A DNA stretch of 35,401 nucleotides from a virus (lineage: Duplodnaviria; Caudoviricetes): the IMG/VR virus record IMGVR_UViG_3300032253_000023, positions 1 to 35,401 of that record, one strand, 5' to 3'. The notes under the pieces are model-generated. The model had not been told where the DNA came from and made no database searches. It saw only the letters and a program-made list of their open reading frames with translations. The translations under genes and the position numbers were made by a program. How positions within the stretch are numbered: position 1 is the first letter of the stretch; the number at the start of each line of letters is the position of its first letter. This document shows, one piece after another, positions 16,791 to 27,003 of this stretch.

Positions 16791-17741
16791 TTAATAAAAA
16801 TAGTCTGCATCCGACTTTGGAGTTTCAGCAGGTTTTGCTTGTGCGCGCTTCCTGCCGACCTTTGGCGCCCTATTAACTAACTTTTTGATTTCCGGCTTGC
16901 TTTCGGTTAAAGCATCATAAGCTTTGGCCTTTTTCAGTAAAACGTAAGTGTCCGCATAATTACTTAAAATCGGATTCATTTTGTTTTCTGAAAGGTACGA
17001 CTCAAGCTCTGAAGCTTCTTTCTTTGCAACATCAGGATCATTCCAGCCAGGCATTAGAGAAACCGCTTTTTCGACCTCACCTTGTCGGTTAGCCTCTTCG
17101 GTTTCCTGCCTCTGCCTTGCTGTATATCCGAGAGCCTGCTTAATACTTGCCTCTCTCGATTTATAATCCTGCTGTTTTGCCGCAAATTCTCCAGGATCGC
17201 TATCTCTTAACATCTGCCAATCAATCTGATTAGATTCTGCGTATAACTCCCGTAGAGCTATGTTGTTTAAATCTTCAGATTGTTGGAAACGCTGTTGAGC
17301 TTGCGCCTGTAAGTTAGTCTCTTGCGCTTTCAAGTTTTCTTCGCGAACATTTGCATCACGAAGTTTATTGTCGAGGTGTCCTTGCTTTTGGTAGGTAGCT
17401 AAAGTATCACGAGCCTTGGCCGTACTTTCCTGGCCGTCAATTTTTGATTTATACACGACTAAACCATCTTCATCGATGTCTAAGTCGCTTTCGTCAAGCC
17501 CTAACGCAAGGGCAATTGATGACAGTTCTATATTGGGCTGGTCTTGATCTTTACTAGCATCGCTGGGTTCAGATTCTGAGCTTTCGCCATTATCCTCTTC
17601 AGTTTGAGCCGCTTCCGACTCTTGAGTATTTTGCAACTCAGTTTCTGTCGTTTCCGACTCATTAAGAACCGTTTCCGATTCACCATAAAATTGACTACTT
17701 GCATCCTCTTCGAGGGTAGGTTCCGTCACTTCTTCATTCAT
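16791..17741 (-). CDS. Capsid scaffolding protein (start MNEEVTE)
   Basis: Acidic N-terminus, KIDGQE, IDWQMLRDSDPGEF, coiled coil; located before the capsid gene. Confidence 0.8.
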   Translation of the reverse strand: MNEEVTEPTLEEDASSQFYGESETVLNESETTETELQNTQESEAAQTEEDNGESSESEPSDASKDQDQPNIELSSIALALGLDESDLDIDEDGLVVYKSKIDGQESTAKARDTLATYQKQGHLDNKLRDANVREENLKAQETNLQAQAQQRFQQSEDLNNIALRELYAESNQIDWQMLRDSDPGEFAAKQQDYKSREASIKQALGYTARQRQETEEANRQGEVEKAVSLMPGWNDPDVAKKEASELESYLSENKMNPILSNYADTYVLLKKAKAYDALTESKPEIKKLVNRAPKVGRKRAQAKPAETPKSDADYFY

Positions 17742-17844
17742 ATTAATAGTAATCCTTCTATTATGTCTCACGACATTATGGGAGTAATCGTCTCGCGACG
17801 GTATAAGAGAAGCCTTAAGCGCTCCTAGTATTCTTTAAATTCTG

Positions 17845-18165
17845 TTATCTCATAATTTGAGGTTCACGCTCATTTTTCTTGTCTTTTTCCACTTTAGCTT
17901 GAATAGCTTTCATATCCCGGGCTTCAATTGCTCGACCATCTTTGATGACTTTATCTATGATTGTTTCCATTTCGTTTAACAATTGTCTATACCTGATAAT
18001 GTCAACAGCTATTTCGGGGCTAAGTGAAGTATCGCACTCTATCATACGATTGTCTAATATTTGACGCATTGCCGCTCGAATATTAACCTGAAAGAAGTTG
18101 TTTTTAAGAAGGCTTTCGGCTTCTCTATAATCTTTCTTTTTCAATAAGTCCGTATTATCGCTCAT
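17845..18165 (-). CDS. Small conserved protein between portal and scaffold
   Basis: 106-aa helical ORF overlapping the portal stop. Confidence 0.7.
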   Translation of the reverse strand: MSDNTDLLKKKDYREAESLLKNNFFQVNIRAAMRQILDNRMIECDTSLSPEIAVDIIRYRQLLNEMETIIDKVIKDGRAIEARDMKAIQAKVEKDKKNEREPQIMR

Positions 18166-20344
18166 CTTGTAAACCTGCTCCTATACCTGGCTGACCTAAA
18201 TCAACTTTCATACCCTCCACAGCGTAATCTTTTTCTAATTCAGCCGCTTTTTTAGTTTCATCGGACATTATTTGATCATGGTTTTGTGCTAATTTGAACT
18301 GCTCTTTAATAAATAATAGTTCACGATTAAACTCAGCCTTTTGATTCTGTAGCATCATCTCAAATTGTAGTCTATTTTGTGAGGCATTAGCCTTATTTGC
18401 CTCTCTTAATTGCTCTATAGTGTTTTTATTTGATTCTCTGAGCTGCTCAATCTGACCTTTATACTGATTGCTCATTTGTTCTTTCTGAATTGAAAACTTC
18501 CCTTTTATAGCTTCAGCTTCAGCAAGTGGGTTTTGCTGGCCTTGAGCTTGAGCTGCTTTCTGTTGTTGCTTTATCTGTGCGTATTTCGGATTCTGAGGAT
18601 CAGGTGTAACCGCGTATTTTTCAGGGTTTGTTTCGCCTAATTCTTTTGCAATATCAACGTATAACTTATAGGCTTCTTCGTCTGTAACTAGTCCACGCTC
18701 TTTAAGTTCTTCTTGCAACCCTTTGAGAAGCGTTAGATTTCTTATTCTCTCTTCGCTATTGCCGGTTCCTAACCCAACTTTTACAACGACTTTTTTACGA
18801 GGACTCCACTCCGATGGGTCGATACTGGTAAAGTTCCCGCCAAGCTTTACGCTATCCGCTTTTAACTGATGCTTAACAATGAGAGCATGGACATTGATTA
18901 CCAACTCTTTGACGCTCTCAGCAATCATTCGCGTGGTCATTTCCATCTTTTGAGACTTGCGGCTCAAGTCTTCCATGAAAGCACCCTTAGTTGCCTGCAT
19001 CAGTACATTAGGGTCTAGATCACCCTCGTTGACTCCTGTTCGCTTTTTCTTCTTCTCTTCGACATAGCTAATCACCGGCAACAAATGCTGAGCTATAGAG
19101 TCGTGACGAATAGCCTCGATTGAACCGTTTACAGGCTCTTTTCCTTCAACTCTAAATGCGGCCGATGGCCCTTGGTCTAAAAATTCGGCTTCGTCTACTC
19201 GGTCATTAAACGCCCACTGATTGTTTGTTGTTTTATACGTGTTATCGAATAGCTGCCTAACTAATGTCGTGTGCTGCTCTGCTAAATCCGATAGATCATC
19301 CTGGAAACTTTCCCCAATGTGTCGATGTGGCATTCGCTTAGGTGAAACGCCCGTAAAAGGGATCGAATCGACTATTCTGTTCCACTCTTTACCTGTGGGG
19401 ATTTGATCAGAAACAGTGACTATTCTGCGCAACTCTGCGATACCATCATCATCAAAGTCCATTCTTACATATTCGACCGAATAGGACATATATTGCATTG
19501 ACTTATCTATATCAATTGTTGTTTCGTCTGTTTCGTCTGTTGCCTTGTCCCTTGCGTCGGACTCAGTATTGTCATTATACTGGCTTTGACTGTCGTTGTT
19601 TGTGCCGCTAATCTTATCAAGCCATTCCTTATCAATACCCATTTCGATTAGGTCTGATCTTGTTTTACGCGGCTCATGTCCGACATAATCGGACTTTTGA
19701 AGAGACCCGCGGCAATTATTTGATATCTTTAGCTCTTCAGGTGGCACAGCTTCTACATTTATACGTCTGACTTTTGTTGTTATTTTTGCAGCTACTTTTT
19801 TATATTGACCACTATCTTCGCTTTCTTCTTCTGTTTCAATTATTTCAAAAGTGGTCGAGTCATTTTCAAACTTATCCTTTATTAAAGATAGCTCCATATC
19901 ACTTAAATTCGACCACTCTCGAATATATACCTCGTCGAGCTCTTCAAACTCATGATTGAAATAACCATTTCTTAAGATTAATGCGTCTTTAACTACATCA
20001 TGAAGCGAGATAAATCCGTCGTTATCTTCCATTATGACGTAATTTGTGTAATCCGACTCTACTTGGACTTGTTCTTCGTCGTCTTCGCTGTCCGGCTTAA
20101 ATTCTGCCAAAGTACCGGACTGGATGAATGGCCTCATTATTGTGGGCATAGCCCAATCGACATTTTCAGCAAGGTCTTTTGTCACGAACTGCGAAAAGCC
20201 TTCTTCCTCGTCGCCATAAGGTCGGCCGTGGTATCTATCCATAGCCTCCGCTCGATCTCTCGTCAACTGCTTATCGTTAGCGCCGAAAGAATCCTTTCGA
20301 TGATTTCTCAAGACTTTTATTACATCGTCATCGGTCATTTTCAT
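18155..20344 (-). CDS. Portal protein (podovirus type with C-terminal coiled-coil barrel)
   Basis: 729 aa after TerL; DALILRNG, DFDDDGIAELRRI, PHRHIGES, VKVGLGTG. Confidence 0.9.
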   Translation of the reverse strand: MKMTDDDVIKVLRNHRKDSFGANDKQLTRDRAEAMDRYHGRPYGDEEEGFSQFVTKDLAENVDWAMPTIMRPFIQSGTLAEFKPDSEDDEEQVQVESDYTNYVIMEDNDGFISLHDVVKDALILRNGYFNHEFEELDEVYIREWSNLSDMELSLIKDKFENDSTTFEIIETEEESEDSGQYKKVAAKITTKVRRINVEAVPPEELKISNNCRGSLQKSDYVGHEPRKTRSDLIEMGIDKEWLDKISGTNNDSQSQYNDNTESDARDKATDETDETTIDIDKSMQYMSYSVEYVRMDFDDDGIAELRRIVTVSDQIPTGKEWNRIVDSIPFTGVSPKRMPHRHIGESFQDDLSDLAEQHTTLVRQLFDNTYKTTNNQWAFNDRVDEAEFLDQGPSAAFRVEGKEPVNGSIEAIRHDSIAQHLLPVISYVEEKKKKRTGVNEGDLDPNVLMQATKGAFMEDLSRKSQKMEMTTRMIAESVKELVINVHALIVKHQLKADSVKLGGNFTSIDPSEWSPRKKVVVKVGLGTGNSEERIRNLTLLKGLQEELKERGLVTDEEAYKLYVDIAKELGETNPEKYAVTPDPQNPKYAQIKQQQKAAQAQGQQNPLAEAEAIKGKFSIQKEQMSNQYKGQIEQLRESNKNTIEQLREANKANASQNRLQFEMMLQNQKAEFNRELLFIKEQFKLAQNHDQIMSDETKKAAELEKDYAVEGMKVDLGQPGIGAGLQDER

Positions 20345-22035
20345 TTAATATACTTTCGCTTTAACTTTTTAGTTGATCGCTTTCTTTTAACAGCGGGTTT
20401 AAATAATGCCATCATTATACTGTCGCTTCTGTTCGGTGATATTATACCCAATTTCATCATGTCCAGTTTGTTTAATAACTGCACTAACCCTCTGGAGTTA
20501 GGCTTAAGTGGTATTCTACATATCTCTGAACGTAAAGCCGAGATACTATCGATACCATCAGAATCAAAGCTTATCATTTCACTCGGGTCGACATACTCAC
20601 CTTTCACTACGCATTTGTACGTTTTATAACACCTATCCGATAAGTCTGTGTAATATTGTGCTCGGTTATTAAAGAAAGTTTCCGCGTATGTTTTTGGTTT
20701 AGTATTCTTGTCGTCATCGCAAGGCTGGTATGTTTCGTCTGCGTTATCCTGACCACTACCTGAAAGCGATCCTCTAAACATGTGATAATTTACATGAGTT
20801 CCTTCGAAAGCGTCTGATATCTGCCGTTTTAACCCTGCACCCATTCCGTCACCATCCCAAACGAACCAATCAGCACCGGCCTTTTGAGCCTCTCCAGTCG
20901 CCCAATCGCAGCCATCGTCTATCTCGCCATCTGTTTTCTGAGCAACCTTTGTGATTATTGAGCCGTGTCTAATTGCTAAGCCTTTACTATCTTTGCCCTC
21001 GCCACTAGGGTCATGTGCAGCTATAATTGCGCCGTACGGTTTAAATGCCTTAGCTAATCGCTCTAATTTATGAGCATCAATGCATGCGTCAAACCATTCA
21101 GCTTTTATGATAGCACTATCAACCTCATCGTTATATTCACCTAACCACTTATGATTATAGTACGCTCTGTCCATGTTTGCATAATCCCACACCCTTTCAC
21201 TTTCTAGCCCTGAGTCTTCGAACCATGGATTGTCGGAATAATTAATTTTAACTATGAGATGAAGATTGTCTTCGTAGAACCCGTCTTTATCTATGTGCTC
21301 TTTGTACGGCTCAATAAATCTCTGGCTAAATGGATCAGCACTGCTACCAGGATTGGCAATAAACACCATGGAAACGTCGTCTTTATCCGGGTGTGTCTCA
21401 ATGTCCTCAAGTACCGGACTGTCTTTAAACTTTAACGGTAACCCGTTTACCGGGTCTTTCCTTAGCGATGGCGTTAAAACGTTCAATGATGCTTGTGAGA
21501 TGAATTGAGCCTCTTCTATCTCAAACCGCTTGAATCCATGGGTCGATTTTATTGAGTCAATATTTCTCGATATACCTGCAAATTCAAATACTGACTCTTC
21601 CTTGTAGTTAATCGATTGTTGCTGTGTCTCGAAATTACCGTAACCGAATCTATTAATCTCACTTTTCACCAACGAATGGACAGAGTTTTTAATACTCGAT
21701 TGATACTCACGTAAAAAATACGTTCTACTACCGTAATCCTTAGCATCTGCAATAGCCAAATCAACGCCAGCCACGGACTTTGTGCTACCTCGACCACCAA
21801 TCAACACCACAAACCTTTTCTTTGTCTTAACTACTCGCTCTAACTTTTCGGCAATGTAAATGTTTGGCTCTAAATCTACTTCATGCCAAACGTTATCTGT
21901 TTTTTGTATTGACCGCAAAAGTCCATTTTCGGGACTGACTATTCCAAAAACTGTTTTAATTTCAGTTCTTCGACGCTTTAGCTCAATAGCCGCCGCCGCT
22001 TTGATTTCTAATTGCTCCCTACTTAGAGCTTGCAA
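20341..22035 (-). CDS. terL: Terminase large subunit (PBSX-like)
   Basis: Walker A GGRGSTKS, Walker B FEIEEAQ, ANP motif, nuclease HDPSGEGKD and SPNRSDS. Confidence 0.95.
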   Translation of the reverse strand: MQALSREQLEIKAAAAIELKRRRTEIKTVFGIVSPENGLLRSIQKTDNVWHEVDLEPNIYIAEKLERVVKTKKRFVVLIGGRGSTKSVAGVDLAIADAKDYGSRTYFLREYQSSIKNSVHSLVKSEINRFGYGNFETQQQSINYKEESVFEFAGISRNIDSIKSTHGFKRFEIEEAQFISQASLNVLTPSLRKDPVNGLPLKFKDSPVLEDIETHPDKDDVSMVFIANPGSSADPFSQRFIEPYKEHIDKDGFYEDNLHLIVKINYSDNPWFEDSGLESERVWDYANMDRAYYNHKWLGEYNDEVDSAIIKAEWFDACIDAHKLERLAKAFKPYGAIIAAHDPSGEGKDSKGLAIRHGSIITKVAQKTDGEIDDGCDWATGEAQKAGADWFVWDGDGMGAGLKRQISDAFEGTHVNYHMFRGSLSGSGQDNADETYQPCDDDKNTKPKTYAETFFNNRAQYYTDLSDRCYKTYKCVVKGEYVDPSEMISFDSDGIDSISALRSEICRIPLKPNSRGLVQLLNKLDMMKLGIISPNRSDSIMMALFKPAVKRKRSTKKLKRKYIK

Positions 22036-22480
22036 TGATCGCCTCTAACTCTGCATCAGTTTTACCAGAAAGATCGATAGTTATTTTTTGCTCGTTTCTA
22101 TCCTTCCACTTGCCTTTTGTACGATTATTAAGCCAATATCTTATGGCCGTTACGTCGGGGGCAATGTGCTTTGTTGTCGTCGTAATCTGCTCTTCAATTA
22201 CAGCCTCTTCCTCACTATCGTCATCTGTTAATTTTGCGCCTTTTACCTGAACTTCGTCGTAATTATAACCGTTAGCCCTTTCAAATAACTTTCCAGCAAC
22301 CTGTGCATCGGCAATTAATTTACCTTTCTTCATTGATTCGTAAAATTCAGGGTATTTGTTTTTCCAAACATTTAGCGAGCTTTCACAAACACCGAAAAAA
22401 TCCGCTAGCTCTGTGTCGATCGCGCCAAGTAAGCAAAGTTTATACACTTGCTCAACATACTCTGGTTTATATTTTTCCAT
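22019..22480 (-). CDS. terS: Terminase small subunit (start MEKYKPE)
   Basis: HTH LGAIDTELADFFGV, YPEF, PDVTAIRYWLNNR; TAATG overlap with the upstream gene. Confidence 0.88.
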   Translation of the reverse strand: MEKYKPEYVEQVYKLCLLGAIDTELADFFGVCESSLNVWKNKYPEFYESMKKGKLIADAQVAGKLFERANGYNYDEVQVKGAKLTDDDSEEEAVIEEQITTTTKHIAPDVTAIRYWLNNRTKGKWKDRNEQKITIDLSGKTDAELEAIIASSK

Positions 22481-23424
22481 TACTGTTCCGTCCATACTTC
22501 GGTTGATATTGCCTCTTCTGACCATGCCCCATCTGCGATTTGCTGAATCTCCCACACTGGAATATTAACTCCTACGCCACTCAATGTAAGATTAGGAATA
22601 GCCAATACCCCAACGCCTGTACTAGGATTTGTCCCTGCCGCTGTCAACGTCAATGCTGGAATAACTAAAGTTCCGACGCCCCAATTTTCGGCAACCTCAT
22701 TCGTTCCTTGCGCTGATAGTGTTAGCGCAGGTATTGTTAATACGCCGACTCCGTTTGACTCACCAGGTTCAATCGCAAACATGAACCCTGTCATACCGTC
22801 AGACGTGCCAGAACTTATCGTACAATCGTCTGTTGCGCCTAATGTTGCCTGTACTTTAGTTGATACACACCCACTAGACCCGTTTAATGTATCTGCACCG
22901 TCTGACGTTACTTCGCTGTGTTTAGTCCATCCTGTACCGCTTGTCGTAAATGTTGGGCCATCCCCACCATCGTAAGCATGAACAGCAAAAACCAAACAAT
23001 CGTCAACTGTCGTATTGACGCCTGCAATTGCCAATGACGTCACATTTAGAGCGCTATTTGTATCAGCCCCGATAACATTAACATCACCGGCACTGGACAA
23101 CCTATAACACCACGCACACGTGTCTTCGGTTGTTGATATCTGTGATGGTATTGTAAAATTACCAGTTTCGGTTCCTGCCGCTATTTTCTCAAATGCCCCA
23201 ACATGACAATCGCACGTTATATCACCAGACTCATTAATAAAATCAAAACCAGCGGGCTTTAATGTCGAGTCATCCCATTGGGTATTTGCGTTGCTTTTAG
23301 CTTCATTAATAACAACGACTAGCAATTTCTCACCAGCAACAATACCAGCCGGATATGCAATAGAAATATCGCTAGCTGACGTTAACGCCGCTGCTGTCGT
23401 ATAGTCCTCTATTACCGCAGTCAT
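22480..23424 (-). CDS. Putative virion fibre/decoration protein with three C-terminal GVGxLxIPxLTL repeats
   Basis: Thr/Gly/Ala-rich beta protein; repeats visible; Trp-spaced tail. Confidence 0.55.
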   Translation of the reverse strand: MTAVIEDYTTAAALTSASDISIAYPAGIVAGEKLLVVVINEAKSNANTQWDDSTLKPAGFDFINESGDITCDCHVGAFEKIAAGTETGNFTIPSQISTTEDTCAWCYRLSSAGDVNVIGADTNSALNVTSLAIAGVNTTVDDCLVFAVHAYDGGDGPTFTTSGTGWTKHSEVTSDGADTLNGSSGCVSTKVQATLGATDDCTISSGTSDGMTGFMFAIEPGESNGVGVLTIPALTLSAQGTNEVAENWGVGTLVIPALTLTAAGTNPSTGVGVLAIPNLTLSGVGVNIPVWEIQQIADGAWSEEAISTEVWTEQ

Positions 23425-26115
23425 TTAGTGCACAACTGGTGTAAATCGTCTGTATTGCATTTTATACGGGATGCTGTTTGCTGTTACCGGCCCCTGATTA
23501 TAACATTCAGCCGTGACACACAATCCAGCATTTGTATTGTCACAAGTTACGCCTACCATACCCTCAACGTCTAAAGTTATTTTGCCATCCGAATCTGTTG
23601 ATTCGTTTGAAGATGTATAAATTGGTGTACCGAGAATCGAAGTAATTGAATCATAGACTTTACACTCCCAGCCCGTCGTTGATGCAAACGGCCAGCCACG
23701 CCCTAGCATGTAAACATTGACAAATGGCTTTTTAACAATCGTCCCAATGTTTAAAGTGATCGCTTGCGAATCTTCACCGTCAGTTAGCGTAATTCCGAGA
23801 GAGCCGCACCCAGCCTCATTGGCATTGGCATTCGCTGGGGTATACAAGATATTTATATTGTCTTCACTTACTGCAAATGTTCCGCAGGTCAGACTATTTG
23901 TTGGAGTACCTGAGATTGAGATAACACCGGCCAACGTTGTTGTACTTGCAATCGCATACGTTGCTGGGTTTATCGTCGTAGGTGACGAGTATTGGTTTAA
24001 AATATTGTTAACCGTCGGTGACGTGTCGCCAACACTTAGCGTTCCAGGCGTCAAAGGCACTGCCGCAACAACTGAGATACCCATCAATTCTGGCTTATTG
24101 TCAAGTGATCCGGTCGTTCCTTTACTTAGAGTGATCGTTAAAAATCCATCATCAACAGCATCATCAATAACGATAGATGACTTAGTATAAATATTTGCAG
24201 TATTGCCAACCCCCGTTGGACAATTATTATATTCATTTTCTTCTGATATGTTTTCGACCGAAATATCAAAACGCCTGCCGCCACACTCTAAAACATTTAT
24301 CCAGTACTCTTCTGTAAAGTACAATTTCAAATCCCACGTACCATTCGCAATCGGGAGCTTTATAGTTATTGTCCCGTTGCACCCATACCATGCCTGATAT
24401 AATTCATCTTCTGATGTTCCTAAGATTGGTGTTGTCACTGTTCCGTCGTCGCTATATTCCGCGCATGTGTAAGTAAAATATGCAGCGTTATAAGCAATCC
24501 ACGTCGTAGAAACTGGAGTTATCTCGCCAGTTGTGCCAACGTTCATGTAAAACGGAGTTGTAATATCCGCGCCTGCTGCACCTGCCACGTTCTCAACAGC
24601 ACCAATATCAGGTGAAGTATCATCTCTATCAGTACATTCAAAATCCTCGTCAGCTTTTTCTAACCAATTTGCTGTATAAGAACAAGGGGTTTCAAAGTTA
24701 TTATAAAGCGGATAATTAATTGTAGTCATGTACGTTGGGGTTGTAATCATTGGATCGCCAGCGGCTAATGCAGCGCTGCCAGTTGCCAACCTGACATCTT
24801 CAAACGTTGGCATATTTAATGATGTATACAGTAAAAAGCTTGTTGCTGTTGATAGCGTTGGATCACCGTAAACATCCCCTGTCCCGTCGCAATCTGCGTC
24901 AGTTGGGTTTGCATACCATGAGTTGTGGTGCATTGTTATATTAACGGATGTTGGAGATATACATCCTGCAGCTCCGGTAGATGTTTCCCAGAAAATATTG
25001 TTAGCAATTTCCATCGTTGCGCCATATTGTGCGGCGGCATTACCAAGCTCTATCGTAGTATCATTGCCTACGCATGTGTTATAGACAAACTTATCAGCTA
25101 TGTATAACCCTAAATTTCTAGCTTCTAATTCTACGTTCGTGTAAAAACATCTGTCAGTATTAACACCTAGATTATTTCTAAAAATATTACCGATGTTACT
25201 TGTATTTGTAGCACGACCCTCGATTGACGAGCCAAACGCTTTTTTTGTTCTTGCGACTGTCCCGTCCCCGACACCGACAACAATGTTCCCTTCAATTACA
25301 TTTTCGCTAGAATCATCTATATAAACACCAAGATATCGCGGATTTTTAATAACATTACCACGTACAGTATTATTGTCTGAAGCGTTCCATAGTGCGATAC
25401 CCTCACACTCACAAGATGTCAAATCGTTATTTTCAATAAGGCCTTTAGTAGTGTTTGAATATGATATACCGCCAGGGTGTGATCCATACGGGCTAATCCC
25501 GTCAACAATTGCCCACGCCCCCTCTGTCATTGTGTTATTGCTTGTCTGTATCCTGGTTGATGTATTACCGGATAAAACCCAGCCACCAACGACGTGATCT
25601 ATTGTATTGCTATCAATAATAATATCGGTTTCACTGCCTGCTGAATCTACAACGATCCCATACCCGCTTGAATCTTTTATATGTAAATTCTCTACTGTAA
25701 TGTAACTACCTGATATTTTTATCAGTCCGGAATATATGCTCGACGGAACTGTGCCGATTGACAGAGTTGAAACATACCCGCCAGCGATTATGGGCTTAAG
25801 TCCAACTCCAACCCCAACCCCTATTACTTCACTTCCACTGTCCGTGTTATAAGCCCCATAAATCGAAGGATTAGCAGTGCTTACTCCATCATGATCAATC
25901 GTTAACTTTTCTAGAGCCCAGCTATCACCGGCTTTAAAATAAATATCGTCACCAGCGGCAAATGTAAACCCGTTGACTTTACCTATTGTCTCCCACGCAG
26001 TCGCATCCGTTAACCCGTCAGCGGCATTACTCCCGCCATTTTTAACGTAGTAAGTCGCAGCATTAGCGCCGAATGAAAATAGAGAGAGGGTGACTAGTAG
26101 TGTGATTAATCTCAT
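23425..26115 (-). CDS. Signal peptide + right-handed beta-helix + malectin-like domain protein (putative glycan-binding or depolymerase)
   Basis: MRLITLLVTLSLFSFGANA/ATYYV; parallel beta-helix repeats; DIGAVE; ELYQ...NGTWDLKLYFTEEYW...RRFDISVEN malectin pattern. Confidence 0.75.
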   Translation of the reverse strand: MRLITLLVTLSLFSFGANAATYYVKNGGSNAADGLTDATAWETIGKVNGFTFAAGDDIYFKAGDSWALEKLTIDHDGVSTANPSIYGAYNTDSGSEVIGVGVGVGLKPIIAGGYVSTLSIGTVPSSIYSGLIKISGSYITVENLHIKDSSGYGIVVDSAGSETDIIIDSNTIDHVVGGWVLSGNTSTRIQTSNNTMTEGAWAIVDGISPYGSHPGGISYSNTTKGLIENNDLTSCECEGIALWNASDNNTVRGNVIKNPRYLGVYIDDSSENVIEGNIVVGVGDGTVARTKKAFGSSIEGRATNTSNIGNIFRNNLGVNTDRCFYTNVELEARNLGLYIADKFVYNTCVGNDTTIELGNAAAQYGATMEIANNIFWETSTGAAGCISPTSVNITMHHNSWYANPTDADCDGTGDVYGDPTLSTATSFLLYTSLNMPTFEDVRLATGSAALAAGDPMITTPTYMTTINYPLYNNFETPCSYTANWLEKADEDFECTDRDDTSPDIGAVENVAGAAGADITTPFYMNVGTTGEITPVSTTWIAYNAAYFTYTCAEYSDDGTVTTPILGTSEDELYQAWYGCNGTITIKLPIANGTWDLKLYFTEEYWINVLECGGRRFDISVENISEENEYNNCPTGVGNTANIYTKSSIVIDDAVDDGFLTITLSKGTTGSLDNKPELMGISVVAAVPLTPGTLSVGDTSPTVNNILNQYSSPTTINPATYAIASTTTLAGVISISGTPTNSLTCGTFAVSEDNINILYTPANANANEAGCGSLGITLTDGEDSQAITLNIGTIVKKPFVNVYMLGRGWPFASTTGWECKVYDSITSILGTPIYTSSNESTDSDGKITLDVEGMVGVTCDNTNAGLCVTAECYNQGPVTANSIPYKMQYRRFTPVVH

Positions 26116-26477
26116 GGGAACGGGATCGTCACTGATGTTAAGTTTGCAATACCACTAGCCGCAACCGTCAACGTATCGAACGTGAAATCACCACCACCGC
26201 CGGTTATCGTCGCCGTGCCAGTGCCAACCAATGCCGCCCCAACTGTGTATAGCTTACATTTAGCTATCACTCCACCAGTCGCACCCGTATCTGATCCGAT
26301 TGCGTTTGCTAAAGCTGACCCTGCCACAGCATCCGCAAAAGCTGTTGCACTTAGTGTGTACGTCGCTACCTCAACATCACCTGAAGTTTGGGCCTCTATG
26401 TACCCACCAGCATCTAACAACGCTGTCCCGCCGTCGATACATGCATTTTTGAAATTATCTTCCCATATCATGCTCAT
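26112..26477 (-). CDS. Small Gly/Ala/Thr-rich structural protein
   Basis: 121 aa beta-rich; ATGA coupling. Confidence 0.6.
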   Translation of the reverse strand: MSMIWEDNFKNACIDGGTALLDAGGYIEAQTSGDVEVATYTLSATAFADAVAGSALANAIGSDTGATGGVIAKCKLYTVGAALVGTGTATITGGGGDFTFDTLTVAASGIANLTSVTIPFP

Positions 26478-26496
26478 TGTTTATTTCCTAGATTAT

Positions 26497-27003
26497 TCAA
26501 ACATAAATTCGTTTACTGAAATCAGTAGTTCGCCAAAATGGGTCTTTTGTAAGCCGCTGCCCTGGAGTTAAAGATAAAAAATAATCGCTGTACGATTGCC
26601 ATGTTAGCGGGAACCCATCAGTATCAAATGTCAGGGGAACGTCATACGCATACTTAAACATTTCAGGCACTTCACCAGTCATATCGATAGGATACTTTAT
26701 GTCTAAACCTAGCCCGGTTGTGTATTGATAGCCATTCTCCCAAAACGCTGCCAGCTCAATAAAAGTAGGAGGTGGAAAATCAGCATCTAATTGAGTTACA
26801 GCTTCAATCGTTAAATCTTCTTCACCGAAAAAACAGATTAATTTTTTACTAGAGACTTCTTTTGAGTAAGATGCTAACTCAACACCTTCAGGCTGTAACG
26901 ATTGAGCCAAGTTTGCTAGTACTTTTGAATGTAAGCTTGCATCTCTGTTATGCACAAGATCAAACAAAGCTGCGTTAACTTCACAAATTATATTAATTTT
27001 CAT
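26497..27003 (-). CDS. Hypothetical protein (possible fibre chaperone)
   Basis: 168 aa, coupled to the upstream fibre-like gene. Confidence 0.55.
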   Translation of the reverse strand: MKINIICEVNAALFDLVHNRDASLHSKVLANLAQSLQPEGVELASYSKEVSSKKLICFFGEEDLTIEAVTQLDADFPPPTFIELAAFWENGYQYTTGLGLDIKYPIDMTGEVPEMFKYAYDVPLTFDTDGFPLTWQSYSDYFLSLTPGQRLTKDPFWRTTDFSKRIYV

